64,000 nucleotides of DNA from Alphaproteobacteria bacterium (GTDB lineage: Bacteria; Pseudomonadota; Alphaproteobacteria; CAAHEQ01; UBA3637), in the NCBI GenBank assembly GCA_015062395.1, contig SUUS01000004.1, positions 18,943-82,942 on the forward strand, written 5' to 3'. A model generated the notes under the pieces. It had not been told where the DNA came from and did not search any database. It was given only the letters and a program-made list of their open reading frames with translations. Below are positions 1 to 8,900 of the stretch, one piece after another. Made by a program: the position numbers and the translations under genes. Positions within the stretch are counted from its first letter, which is position 1. The number at the start of each line of letters is the position of its first letter.

Positions 1-1
1 A

Positions 2-472
2 ATTTCTCAAGGTGAGGCAACTACAAATCTTGCGCGTTATGATGGTGTTCGTTATGGTGTTCGAGAAGAAGGTAAAACTTTAGATGAAATGTATATGAAT
101 ACACGTATGGCAGGTTTTGGACAAGAGGTTCGTAATCGCATGATTTTAGGAACATTCTTTACATCGGCAAAGGGCTATCATGATTATTTTGTTCCTGCGC
201 AAAAAATGCGTTCATTGATTAAGCAAGACTTTGATAAAGCTTTTGAAAAAGTGGATGTATTGTTCTCTCCTGCAGTTCCAATTAAGCCTTTTACTATCGA
301 GGAAGCTAAAAATGGAGCAGCAAAAGGACGCTTTAATGATAACTATTTGATGCCATCTTGTTTAACGGGAGTTCCTGCTGGTTGTGCGAATAATGGTTTA
401 CAAGTCATTGGTCGTATGTGGGATGATGCAACGGTTTTGAAAGTATTAGATGTAGTGGAGATGATGAAATGA
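2..472 (+). CDS. gatA: Glutamyl-tRNA(Gln) amidotransferase subunit A, C-terminal part (5' end outside window)
   Basis: In-frame translation from nt 2 reads [53 protein letters not shown].., a GatA C-terminus. The stop TGA overlaps the gatB start (ATGA). Confidence 0.85.
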   Translation: MSQGEATTNLARYDGVRYGVREEGKTLDEMYMNTRMAGFGQEVRNRMILGTFFTSAKGYHDYFVPAQKMRSLIKQDFDKAFEKVDVLFSPAVPIKPFTIEEAKNGAAKGRFNDNYLMPSCLTGVPAGCANNGLQVIGRMWDDATVLKVLDVVEMMK

Positions 473-1935
473 CATATATTGTAAAAGGAAAAACAGCCGA
501 TTGGGAGCTGATTTGTGGTCTAGAGGTCCACTGTGAAATTATTTCAAACGCTAAGGTTTTTTCAGGGGCTAGTGCAGAATTTGGAGGACTTCCCAATACA
601 CACGTTGCATTTTTGGACTGTGGTATGCCAGGTCAATTGCCTGTTCTAAATGAAAAGTGTATCGAGCAATGTATCAAAACAGGTTTTGGCTTAAACGCTC
701 AAATTAATAAACATTCTGTATTTGATAGAAAGAATTACTTTTATGGAGACTTGCCAACAGGTTATCAAATTACGCAATTGTTTTACCCAATCGTTGGCGA
801 AGGTTATTTGGATGTGACAGACGAAGATGGTCAAATCAAAAGAATCGGTATTGAACGTTTGCATCTAGAGCAAGATGCTGGTAAGTCTATCCACGATATG
901 CATCCAACGCAGTCTTATTTGGATTTTAACCGTGCTGGTGTTGGTTTGATGGAAATTGTATCTAAGCCAGATATTCGTTCTCCTGAACAAGCAGGTGATT
1001 ACTTACGTAAATTAAGAGCTTTGGTTCGTTATTTAGGGACTTGTGATGGAAATATGGATGAAGGCTCTATGCGTTGCGATATCAATGTTTCTGTTCGTAA
1101 GGTCGGTGAAGAAGGTTATCGTCACCGTGTTGAAATTAAGAACGTTAACTCGATTAAATTTGTGATGCAAGCGATTGATTTGGAAGTTCATCGTCAGATT
1201 GATTTATACGAAGCAGGGCAAGATTTCCCTCAAGAAACACGTTTATTTGATGCGGTTAATATGGAAACGCGTTCTATGCGTTCAAAGGAAAATGCTTTGG
1301 ATTATCGTTATTTCCCAGATCCAGATTTACCTCCAGTCAATTTGACGCAAGATTATATTGATAATATTCGTGAAAATTTGTCCGAATTGCCAGAAGCAAA
1401 GAAAAAACGCTATATGGAAAGTTTGGGGCTGCCTGAATATGATGCGCGTATTTTGACTTCTGATAAAGAAACAGCAATTTATTTTGAACGTGCTTTACAA
1501 GGTGCAAGCCGAGATCCGAAAAAAGTTGCAAACTGGGTTATGGGAGATTTGTTTGCAAAATTAAATGCCGAATACATTGCTATTGAAAACAGTCCAGTTC
1601 GTCCGGAAGATTTGGGAGCATTGATTGATTTAATTAATGATGGCACAATTTCTGGAAAAATAGCAAAAGATGTTTTCGAAGAAATGTTTACAAGTGGAAA
1701 ATCTGCAGCTGCAATTGTGGAAGAAAAGGGCTTGAAGCAAGTTTCTGATACAGGCGCGATAGAAGCGATGATCGCGGAAGTTTTATCTGCCAATATGGAT
1801 AAAGTCGCGGAAATTAAAGCTGGTAAAGATAAATTAAAAGGTTGGTTCGTCGGTCAGATTATGAAAGCTTCACAAGGAAAAGTAAATCCTGGGTTGGCAA
1901 ATCAATTATTGGATAAAAAGTTAAGCGAAATGTAA
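469..1935 (+). CDS. gatB: Asp/Glu-tRNA amidotransferase subunit B
   Basis: 488 aa. GatB-typical motifs are present (ELICGLEVH.., [18 protein letters not shown]-terminal GatB/YqeY-like tail). Start overlaps the gatA stop. Confidence 0.9.
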   Translation: MTYIVKGKTADWELICGLEVHCEIISNAKVFSGASAEFGGLPNTHVAFLDCGMPGQLPVLNEKCIEQCIKTGFGLNAQINKHSVFDRKNYFYGDLPTGYQITQLFYPIVGEGYLDVTDEDGQIKRIGIERLHLEQDAGKSIHDMHPTQSYLDFNRAGVGLMEIVSKPDIRSPEQAGDYLRKLRALVRYLGTCDGNMDEGSMRCDINVSVRKVGEEGYRHRVEIKNVNSIKFVMQAIDLEVHRQIDLYEAGQDFPQETRLFDAVNMETRSMRSKENALDYRYFPDPDLPPVNLTQDYIDNIRENLSELPEAKKKRYMESLGLPEYDARILTSDKETAIYFERALQGASRDPKKVANWVMGDLFAKLNAEYIAIENSPVRPEDLGALIDLINDGTISGKIAKDVFEEMFTSGKSAAAIVEEKGLKQVSDTGAIEAMIAEVLSANMDKVAEIKAGKDKLKGWFVGQIMKASQGKVNPGLANQLLDKKLSEM

Positions 1936-1962
1936 AAGTTTTTGACGTGTTGTTTAAAAAAA

Positions 1963-1992
1963 AGGAGGCAACAGAAGCCTCCTTTTGGTTTC
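1963..1992. terminator. Bidirectional rho-independent terminator between convergent gatB and the 831-aa pilin-like gene
   Basis: Hairpin aggaggc-aacagaa-gcctcct flanked by an A-run on one side and a T-run on the other. It lies in the 78-bp gap between convergent stops. Confidence 0.6.
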
Positions 1993-2013
1993 ATGTGTGT
2001 ATTTTTTTATTAT

Positions 2014-4509
2014 TTACATACATATAACTTCTGCCATACCATCTTCTCTATTAGAATTGACATATTCATCGCTTACTTGGTAATACTTATTTACTGTACC
2101 GTCAATCTCATCTTCTTCTGTCCCTGCGGATGTTGAAGTCCAAACATTGATATCACTCCATTCTTTTATTAAGCTATCCGAACAGGTTTTTCCTTCTTTT
2201 CCATTCCAATTTGGACAGATATCACGAACGGAAGGTAGCGACATTCCAATTTGTTTACATATTTGTTCTCCATGTATATGGTCAATAAAGTCTATACTGC
2301 AAAAACTTACTTCATTCAATTCAATTAATTCGCCGATACCACCACATTTTTTACAGGTTCCATCAGTGAGAGTATATTCATCAGAACATTGCAGACATTT
2401 GCATTCATCTCCATATGCTAAACAACCCGTAATGTCTGAACATTTTTCGCATTTTCCCATTGCATCACATTGACCATCAACGCCGTTTGAGTATGCGCAC
2501 AAAGAACCAGGGCCAAGTTGATTTAAGCTTGGACATACACCTTCTTGGGCATTGACAAGTACGAAGCACGGACTTGGTTCCACGATAGCACAACACTTTT
2601 TAGCGACTTCATTATATGGTTCATCTTCAGGACATCCACCACCACCAGAGGACGAAGAAGAGGAGCTGCTCGATGATGAACTACTACTACTTGATGAAGA
2701 AGAACTACTCGATGAAGAGCTGCTAGTACTGCTAGAGCTCGAAGAAGAACTCGAAGAACTGCTGCTACTACTCGAGCTACTACTACTTGAAGAAGAGCTA
2801 CTGGAGCTTGACGAAGAGCTTGACGAGCTGGATGAACTACAGCTTGGAGCGCTTGTACATCCACAATCATTTCCGTTCGCTGGACAACAAAGAACAGCAT
2901 CTTCGGTTCTGCAACATTCTCCAGTTGGTTTCCAAACCTTTTCAACTTCAACATATCTGAAGCAAGTTATTCCATTGTAATCATAGGTTTCTTCTTCGCA
3001 ACAACCTGTTGGGCAAGAAGTGTCTGGGCATTCACCACAATCAGGATCATCGACGGAGCAGAATCCGTCATCACAATGATATTTGCACCCACCAGATGGT
3101 GGACATAAAGAATCATCATCATACCAGCTAGTTCCATCTTCTGTACATCTTCCACATTCGTTACTAGTAGACCACTGTCCTTCGCCATCACAAAAGCATA
3201 TAGTAACTCCGTCTTCATCTTCCCGAAGTTCACCAGGTGTACATTTTTTTGTTATGCATTCACATGTTGTTTCATCCCAAACAGCTGGAGGAATACAAAG
3301 GAAACAATGTTTGTAGTCATCAGAGGATGAATTTTCACATGTTCTCCAACCAATAGCTTCATCACAACAGCAAGTATAGGTATATGAACCATTGCTTTCT
3401 TGTCTGGAATCACAAACATAATATCCTTCTTGGGTACAAGGACAAGCACAAGTTATCTGACTTCCATCATCACAGGAATACTCAAAAGTGTCGTTTTCGC
3501 TACAGTAAGACGTATCTGTCGCTACATTCGGACAGTAGCACCCACCACCAGAAGAGCTGGAACTGCTACTACTTGAGCTCGAAGAAGAACTCGACGATGA
3601 ACTACTTGAAGAAGAGCTCGAGCTTGATGAAGAACTACTTGAAGACGAACTGGACGAACTCGAACTGCTAGAGCTGCTACAAGATGGATCAGGCGTACAA
3701 GAAATCATGCAAGCGTCTTCATCAGTCGGACAACAAGTGTCAGTTTGATTGCAGCATGTTCCCGTATAAATTGTGACTTCTTCGACTTTTAATTTGGTTA
3801 AGCAACCATATTCATCGTATTCGTCTTCTGTGATGGAGCAACTTTTTCGTGCATTTGTACTGTCACATACTCTGGTTTGACAAGTATAACCACGCCATCC
3901 ATTGTCACAAATACATTTGCCGTTAGTATCTCTGTATCCATGTCCATTACATTCATTTCTGGATACGTTGCCTCGTCTGTCGCCCCATAAAATTTTGAAA
4001 ACAACATCATTGTCTTCTTCTTGACAAGCAAGCGTTGTACCATCAACCAGAACGCTTTCAAACAATGCATTTTTTTCATCCGTCACTAAGTGGGTACAGA
4101 CGCCATAGCTGACAGGGTTGGTTGTCAAAAAGATGTAATTCGCATTATGAGTAATTGTTTTAATAAAATCCTTTTTTCCGTAGTAAGCAATTTCTCCTGA
4201 AGTAGTTGTACGAAGCCTGCGACGCCCTGTTAAATCGCTGGCAATTAATGTTGCTTCATCAGTTATGTTGTTTGCTTCGTTCCAGTCTAAAGCTTCTCGA
4301 ATTAATGCAATCGCCCCAATGGTTAAAATAGCAATAACAAATAAAACAGCAATCATTTCTAACATCGAACGCCCGAATTGAGAACGTCGAAATTGCAAAG
4401 CAGAATTGGAATTAGAAACAAGGTTTAAATCAGGAATGTCCTGTAAGTTGTTGATTTTACTTGAAAATTCGGGGGGGCAGGGGGTAAATTTGAATAAATT
4501 AATGGACAT
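2014..4509 (-). CDS. Giant type-IV-pilin-like, Cys-rich, poly-Ser-linked secreted/surface protein (putative pilus-associated adhesin)
   Basis: 831 aa. Residues 46-70 read G|RSMLEMIAVLFVIAILTIGAIALI (prepilin-peptidase-type motif, Glu at +5). The same motif family occurs in the two small pilins at 36.5-37.8 kb. AGGAAG lies 9 nt upstream of the ATG at 4509. Downstream there is an EGF-like CICDNGWRGYTC, many Cys-rich modules and two poly-Ser tracts. Confidence 0.7.
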   Translation of the reverse strand: MSINLFKFTPCPPEFSSKINNLQDIPDLNLVSNSNSALQFRRSQFGRSMLEMIAVLFVIAILTIGAIALIREALDWNEANNITDEATLIASDLTGRRRLRTTTSGEIAYYGKKDFIKTITHNANYIFLTTNPVSYGVCTHLVTDEKNALFESVLVDGTTLACQEEDNDVVFKILWGDRRGNVSRNECNGHGYRDTNGKCICDNGWRGYTCQTRVCDSTNARKSCSITEDEYDEYGCLTKLKVEEVTIYTGTCCNQTDTCCPTDEDACMISCTPDPSCSSSSSSSSSSSSSSSSSSSSSSSSSSSSSSSSSSSSSSSSSSSGGGCYCPNVATDTSYCSENDTFEYSCDDGSQITCACPCTQEGYYVCDSRQESNGSYTYTCCCDEAIGWRTCENSSSDDYKHCFLCIPPAVWDETTCECITKKCTPGELREDEDGVTICFCDGEGQWSTSNECGRCTEDGTSWYDDDSLCPPSGGCKYHCDDGFCSVDDPDCGECPDTSCPTGCCEEETYDYNGITCFRYVEVEKVWKPTGECCRTEDAVLCCPANGNDCGCTSAPSCSSSSSSSSSSSSSSSSSSSSSSSSSSSSSSSSSSSSSTSSSSSSSSSSSSSSSSSSSSSSSSSSGGGGCPEDEPYNEVAKKCCAIVEPSPCFVLVNAQEGVCPSLNQLGPGSLCAYSNGVDGQCDAMGKCEKCSDITGCLAYGDECKCLQCSDEYTLTDGTCKKCGGIGELIELNEVSFCSIDFIDHIHGEQICKQIGMSLPSVRDICPNWNGKEGKTCSDSLIKEWSDINVWTSTSAGTEEDEIDGTVNKYYQVSDEYVNSNREDGMAEVICM
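2641..2838 (-). repeat. Low-complexity Ser-codon repeat (AGC/AGT/TCN) encoding a ~66-residue poly-Ser linker
   Basis: The plus strand reads as GAAGAGCTn/ACTn iterations. The protein reads SCSSSS..(one T)..SSSGGGGCPEDE. Confidence 0.8.
3551..3684 (-). repeat. Low-complexity Ser-codon repeat encoding a ~45-residue poly-Ser linker
   Basis: The protein reads PDPSCSSSS...SSSGGGCYCPN. The DNA is imperfect Ser-codon iterations. Confidence 0.8.
4471..4477 (-). repeat. Homopolymeric C7 tract (G7 on the plus strand) inside codons 11-13 (P-C-P-P) of the 831-aa gene. A C5 follows 2 nt away.
   Basis: Sequence gaattcGGGGGGGcaGGGGGtaaa. The sense strand reads ttt acc ccc tgc ccc ccc gaa. Confidence 0.8.
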
Positions 4510-4552
4510 ATTAAATACTTCCTTTCTGATATAATTTCTATTAATTTGTCTT

Positions 4553-4581
4553 ATTTTAAATAAAACGAATCCTTAAGTCAA
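4553..4581 (-). promoter_or_regulatory. Sigma70-like promoter for the 831-aa pilin-like gene
   Basis: Minus-strand sense reads TTGACT-17 nt-TAAAAT, about 45 nt upstream of the ATG. Confidence 0.45.
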
Positions 4582-4597
4582 GAATGTTTTTTTATCT

Positions 4598-4738
4598 CGT
4601 CATATTGAGCGAGTGCGAAATATCTCATCACGTGTAGTACTGCCTACGTGCAAAAACTTCCAGAGATTCTTCGGGCTAGCGCCCTTCAGAATGACGTACG
4701 ACACATACTACGTCATATTTCGCGTTCGTTCAATATGA
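4598..4738. repeat. Palindromic repeat element, copy 1 (hairpin-rich, 'atgacgt' family) with ~27-bp imperfect terminal inverted repeats
   Basis: 4598-4624 gtcatattgagcgagtgcgaaatat is the reverse complement of 4711-4738 (atatttcgcgttcgttcaatatgac). The 38-nt core 4660-4697 (ccagagattcttcgggctagcgcccttcagaatgacgt) matches, in reverse orientation, the core at 37223-37259 (35/38 nt). Internal hairpin atgacgta/tacgtcat. Confidence 0.55.
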
Positions 4739-4817
4739 CGCGATGGGGGAGGCTGTGGTGTACGTTATTTTCACCACATTTAGGATGACTTTTAGAATGC
4801 GTAAAATAATGGGAAAA

Positions 4818-4825
4818 AGGGGGGG
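4818..4825. repeat. G8 homopolymer in the intergenic region between the 122-aa gene and the 831-aa gene
   Basis: Sequence aaaaaGGGGGGGGatgg. A G/C run is unusual for a ~33% GC sequence. Confidence 0.7.
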
Positions 4826-4866
4826 GATGGTGTTTTTTGTCAAATGATATAAACAACAAAGTTTTT

Positions 4867-5235
4867 TTAAGGAATTATGTGGACGATTCTTTTTCCAATG
4901 CGAATAAATAAGCGAATTTCAATTTGCTCTAATAAATCAGTATCAACTAACTTTGGGTTTATGAGCGTTAAACGAATGCGTTTAGAGTTTGGAATTTCCC
5001 TATAACTTTCGATATTTTTGATGCCACCTAATGCATTTAGAATGGAATAGGGGATTTTCCCTGATTCTTTCGACGATAAAAAATGAATGGGGATTTCAAA
5101 TTTATTCGTGTCTTCCACCTGTATAGGAATGCGTACATAACCACTTTGGGAATCTGAATCAAAATGCATTTTTATGGGGTGATGAAAAAAAGATGATAAC
5201 CAATCTTTGATTTTAAAAATTTTGTTTTTCACCAT
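4867..5235 (-). CDS. Hypothetical protein (weak PilZ-like resemblance)
   Basis: ORF 4867..5298. The start was moved to the internal ATG (MVKNKIFKIKD..) because AAGGA lies 9 nt upstream. Sequence DSDSQSGYVRI loosely resembles the PilZ DxSxxG region. Low confidence. Confidence 0.4.
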   Translation of the reverse strand: MVKNKIFKIKDWLSSFFHHPIKMHFDSDSQSGYVRIPIQVEDTNKFEIPIHFLSSKESGKIPYSILNALGGIKNIESYREIPNSKRIRLTLINPKLVDTDLLEQIEIRLFIRIGKRIVHIIP

Positions 5236-5371
5236 TTTATATTTCCTTTTTTTTGTTTTGAACAAACAAATTTTTAAGGAAAAATAAAATATGGTCAATC
5301 TTTTAATAATTTTATGCTGTACTTTTCATAAAATAAAAAACAGCATAGCATATAAATGCATTAAAACATAT

Positions 5372-5917
5372 TTATGCGTTTTCAAACTCTTTTTGGATGA
5401 GCATACAAACTTCTTCCACAGATAAATGACTGGTATCGATAATTAAATCGAAGTTCGTATTATCTTCGATATCCACTTGATAGTATTTTAAAAAACGCTC
5501 TCTTTCACTTTTTCTGCGTAGAGCTGTCGCATTAAAAACTTCTTCAGGGTTTTGATATTTGCTTTCAGAACTGCGAGATGTATCATTAAAAATACGATTT
5601 GCAGCTTCTGTCGGATTGACTTCTAATTTTACTTTAAATGAATCGGGCATAAAGTGCCATGCCAATCTGGAATCAACAATATATGCATTTCCATCACAAT
5701 TCATTGCTTTTATAACAGCATCGATTTTATCATCAATAGATTTATCTTTTTCAGCTAATTGATTTAATTGCAATGTGGTAATACCCATTTGTTGGGCTAT
5801 TTGGCGTTGAGCAGAACCCGTCGAATAATAAGTCAATCCTAATTGTTCGGCCAATTTTTTTGCTACCGTTGATTTGCCTGAACCCAGAGAGCCTGTAATT
5901 GTTATGGACTTTTTCAT
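5372..5917 (-). CDS. Cytidylate-kinase-like P-loop NMP kinase family protein
   Basis: MKKSITITGSLGSGKSTVAKKLAEQLGL.. P-loop. GGAG lies 6 nt upstream of the internal ATG. The start was trimmed from ORF 5372..5989. It sits 11 nt downstream of the asmA-like stop. Confidence 0.65.
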   Translation of the reverse strand: MKKSITITGSLGSGKSTVAKKLAEQLGLTYYSTGSAQRQIAQQMGITTLQLNQLAEKDKSIDDKIDAVIKAMNCDGNAYIVDSRLAWHFMPDSFKVKLEVNPTEAANRIFNDTSRSSESKYQNPEEVFNATALRRKSERERFLKYYQVDIEDNTNFDLIIDTSHLSVEEVCMLIQKEFENA

Positions 5918-5927
5918 TTTCGCTCCA

Positions 5928-8900
5928 TTAATTTCTGCGAATAGACCCTTGGAAACCAGAAGATGGTTCTGTTGAAGCTGGCATTGCAACGTCTATATCA
6001 AATTTAGAAATACTTTCGTATGTTAACTCTAAAATTTCAAAGGCATCTTTTGCTTGAACAATGGCTGTTTTTATTTGTTCTATGTCAGCAGACGTATTCG
6101 CAAATGTTTTTAATTGTTGTATCAATGTCATTGTTGAAAAAGCTTTTTGATATGCTTGATCGATTTGTTCGACGCCTTTTAATCTTTGTTCAATTCTGTT
6201 AACAGCATGCATCGTTTTTTGAGCACTTGTTTCAATCGATTGAATTTCTTCACGTAATTGAGACAGTGCAACGCGTTTGATTTCATCTGATACACTTTGT
6301 GTTCTGGATGCAATCAATGCACTTTGAGCCGTTCCTTTTTCTACATCAGCAACTGATGGTGCTGGTTTGTTTGCTAATTCTCGCAATAAAACCAAAGCAT
6401 CTTTTGCTCTGACCAATTCAGTTAGCGCTGTTTGTGTGCTTGTCGTTTGTAATAATTGTTCCGTTTGTGCAATTTGATTTTCTGCTGTGACGACTAATTG
6501 AGCTAATTGATTAATTCTTTCTTTCGCTTCTAATCTGGCTTGAGCAGCTTTCGCTGTTTGTTCATCTTGCAGTAATTTTGCTTTTGCATCATTTGATGTG
6601 CCTTCTATGTAGCGAATAAAAGAAGATAGATCAATGTTCGTTTGTGGATTATGCGCCAATCCTTTGACAACAACAGAAATAGGTGGATAACCAGCAAAGT
6701 TTTTCAACGAAATTGCTGATGTCGCATTCACAGACCATTTCGGCAAATCGAAGTTGATTTGCATCATCGCATTTGCGTTTGGTGTTTTTAACACTGTGTC
6801 TGATGTTTTGAAAACGCCATCTGAAATTGAAAAGTTTCCAGATAAGATATCAAAAGCTGTTTCTCCAAACGTCAATTCTTTATTTAATTGTTTATCCATT
6901 CCCGTTAAAGAATCTTGTCTTGCTAAAGTCGCTCTGATTCTGTGTTCAAAGGCATTTAAGTTTAAATTAGAAATGATGCCTGATTGAACGGTAAAACTAC
7001 CTGTAGAAGATAAAGAATTAATCATGTCTTCAACTGAATTCCCACTTGCATCAAAGTTCATGGACAATGAGGATGTTCCACTTTTTAATCTAAATAATCC
7101 TAACGTAATTAAATCCATTCTGACAGGTACTTTTTGCAACTTTAACGTTCCCTTTACATATGGCGTTGCGCCTGATGCATTTAAATTTACATTAACGTTT
7201 ACTGTACCATCTGCAATTTGTGCCGTGGCATCATTAAAAGACAGAATTTTTTCTTCTAATTTTATAGGTGTTTTTAAATTTGATACTTCTAATTTTCCTA
7301 AAGCCATTTTTTCAGCTTCTAATTGCATGTTTATAGTTAAGCCATTAAAATCATCAAAGTTTAGCAAATTTGAAGAAAATGTTGTTTTCCCTGTTTTAGC
7401 ATCTACTCCTTGATTTAAGTTTTTAGAACTCATAAATTTATCTAAATATAAATAAGGGGTTTTGACGTTTCCTTTAATTTGACTTGCCATTTCGTCTTTT
7501 TGTATTTGGATATTGGCTGTGATTTTTTGTGGACCAATAACTGCCTCGCTGTCTTTAAATGTTATATTCGAAGCATCTCCACTGACCCAACCATTGAATG
7601 TAAACGTTCCACTTAAAGCAGGGAAAATTTGCAAATCAGGTTTTACCATTTGTACAAATTGACGGAAATTCGGATGTGTTATTTTTAATGTTCCAGAATA
7701 AGATGTATTTGTTTTGAGTGGGTTTTCAATATCTCCGACAGCAGTAATTTTCCCTTGAGAGAAAGACAGTTGCATATCAGTATTCACTTTATCAAAAGAG
7801 CCGTTAAATTTTGCGTTCAATGTAAGGTTTCCCATATTAGCAGGAAGTGGAGATTGAATTTTTAGTCTGTCTAATAATAGCATAGACTTTGGCATTTCCA
7901 ATTCAACATATACATCTTTAAATTGCAAGCTTCCATCATCTTTCTTTTGTACAGTTCCTGTGTATTTGAGATTGGAAAGAGCAACCTGATCGATTGTTAA
8001 ATTGTCTGTAATCCATTCTTTTTGATTGATTTTCCCTTCATAATTGATACGTTCCATTGGTAAAGATTTAAATGTGATGTCTGAACCATTTAAACTGAAT
8101 GAAACGTTAATATCTTTGAGTAATACAGATTTTTCTAATGCATTTTTTACGTCACTTAACCAAAGCTTTACAGAACGATTTTCTGCAACAGGGGTATAGG
8201 GAACAAACTTATCAAAATCCATGTTTTTTATAGCTAAATTGACGTATCCTGTTAATTTGGGTTCTGTCAATGCAAAAGCCATTCCTCCTGCAACAGAAGC
8301 ATCGTTTATTCCAATGTTTAATTGGGAAAAGGTTAAGTCTTTATTTCTTAAGCGAATATCGCTGGATGCTTTTAATTTATTAATGAACGTTGTTTCGATG
8401 TCTAAACGATACGACAAATCAAGCCAAGAAAGCGTTTGTGTTGGCGAATCAGATTCTATGGTTGTTGTCAATAAAATAGTTGGTTCTGTTGTGTCTAGTA
8501 AGATGTTTCCCTTTGATGATACGTATGTTGCTTTTGGCAAAACGGCTTTTAATTCTCTGATTTCAACATTTTCATTTTGTTTGTCGAAAGAAAATACAAA
8601 ATCTTTTATTTGTTCTTTAAATAAAGAAACTTGTGAAGATTTGACTAACAAATCTAAATTTTCAGGAAGTTTGTTTTGAGCTATACTCAATATATTCTGC
8701 CATGATTCGTTTTTAGGCAAATAAGGATAAAATGTATCTAAATTTAAATGTGACAAGACCAGCATTGCAGATACTTTTGATTTTGCATCTTTTTTTTCTG
8801 GAAACAGGGTCGTTAATTTAACAGACATGCTATTTTCTACTGCGTCTTCTCCATATCGAATAGCTGCTTCAGATATAGAAAATTCTTTTTGTGATACAAA

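Noticed and set aside
2552-2980. 142-aa ORF on the plus strand rich in Glu/Leu/Asp (..EEELLDDELLLLDEEELL..)
   Set aside because: It is the antisense reading of the Ser-codon repeat inside the 831-aa minus-strand gene. Its composition is dictated entirely by the complementary strand of AGC/TCT iterations, so it is not an independent gene.
2634-3690. Possible CRISPR array or tandem repeat array suggested by highly repetitive DNA
   Set aside because: It has no regular repeat-spacer periodicity. The repeats are irregular Ser codons in frame within a long ORF, and no cas genes are nearby.
4510-4866. Possible protein-coding gene, tRNA or other RNA gene in the 357-bp gap upstream of the 831-aa gene
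   Set aside because: It has no ORF of 60 aa or more and no tRNA-like cloverleaf that I can see. The content is better explained by a promoter, the palindromic repeat element and homopolymer tracts.
6754-8679. Several 77-152-aa plus-strand ORFs (6754..6987, 7024..7413, 8221..8679) inside the asmA-like gene
   Set aside because: They lie entirely antisense within a well-supported 1282-aa CDS, have no RBS, and show low-complexity AT-rich codon-frame artefacts.
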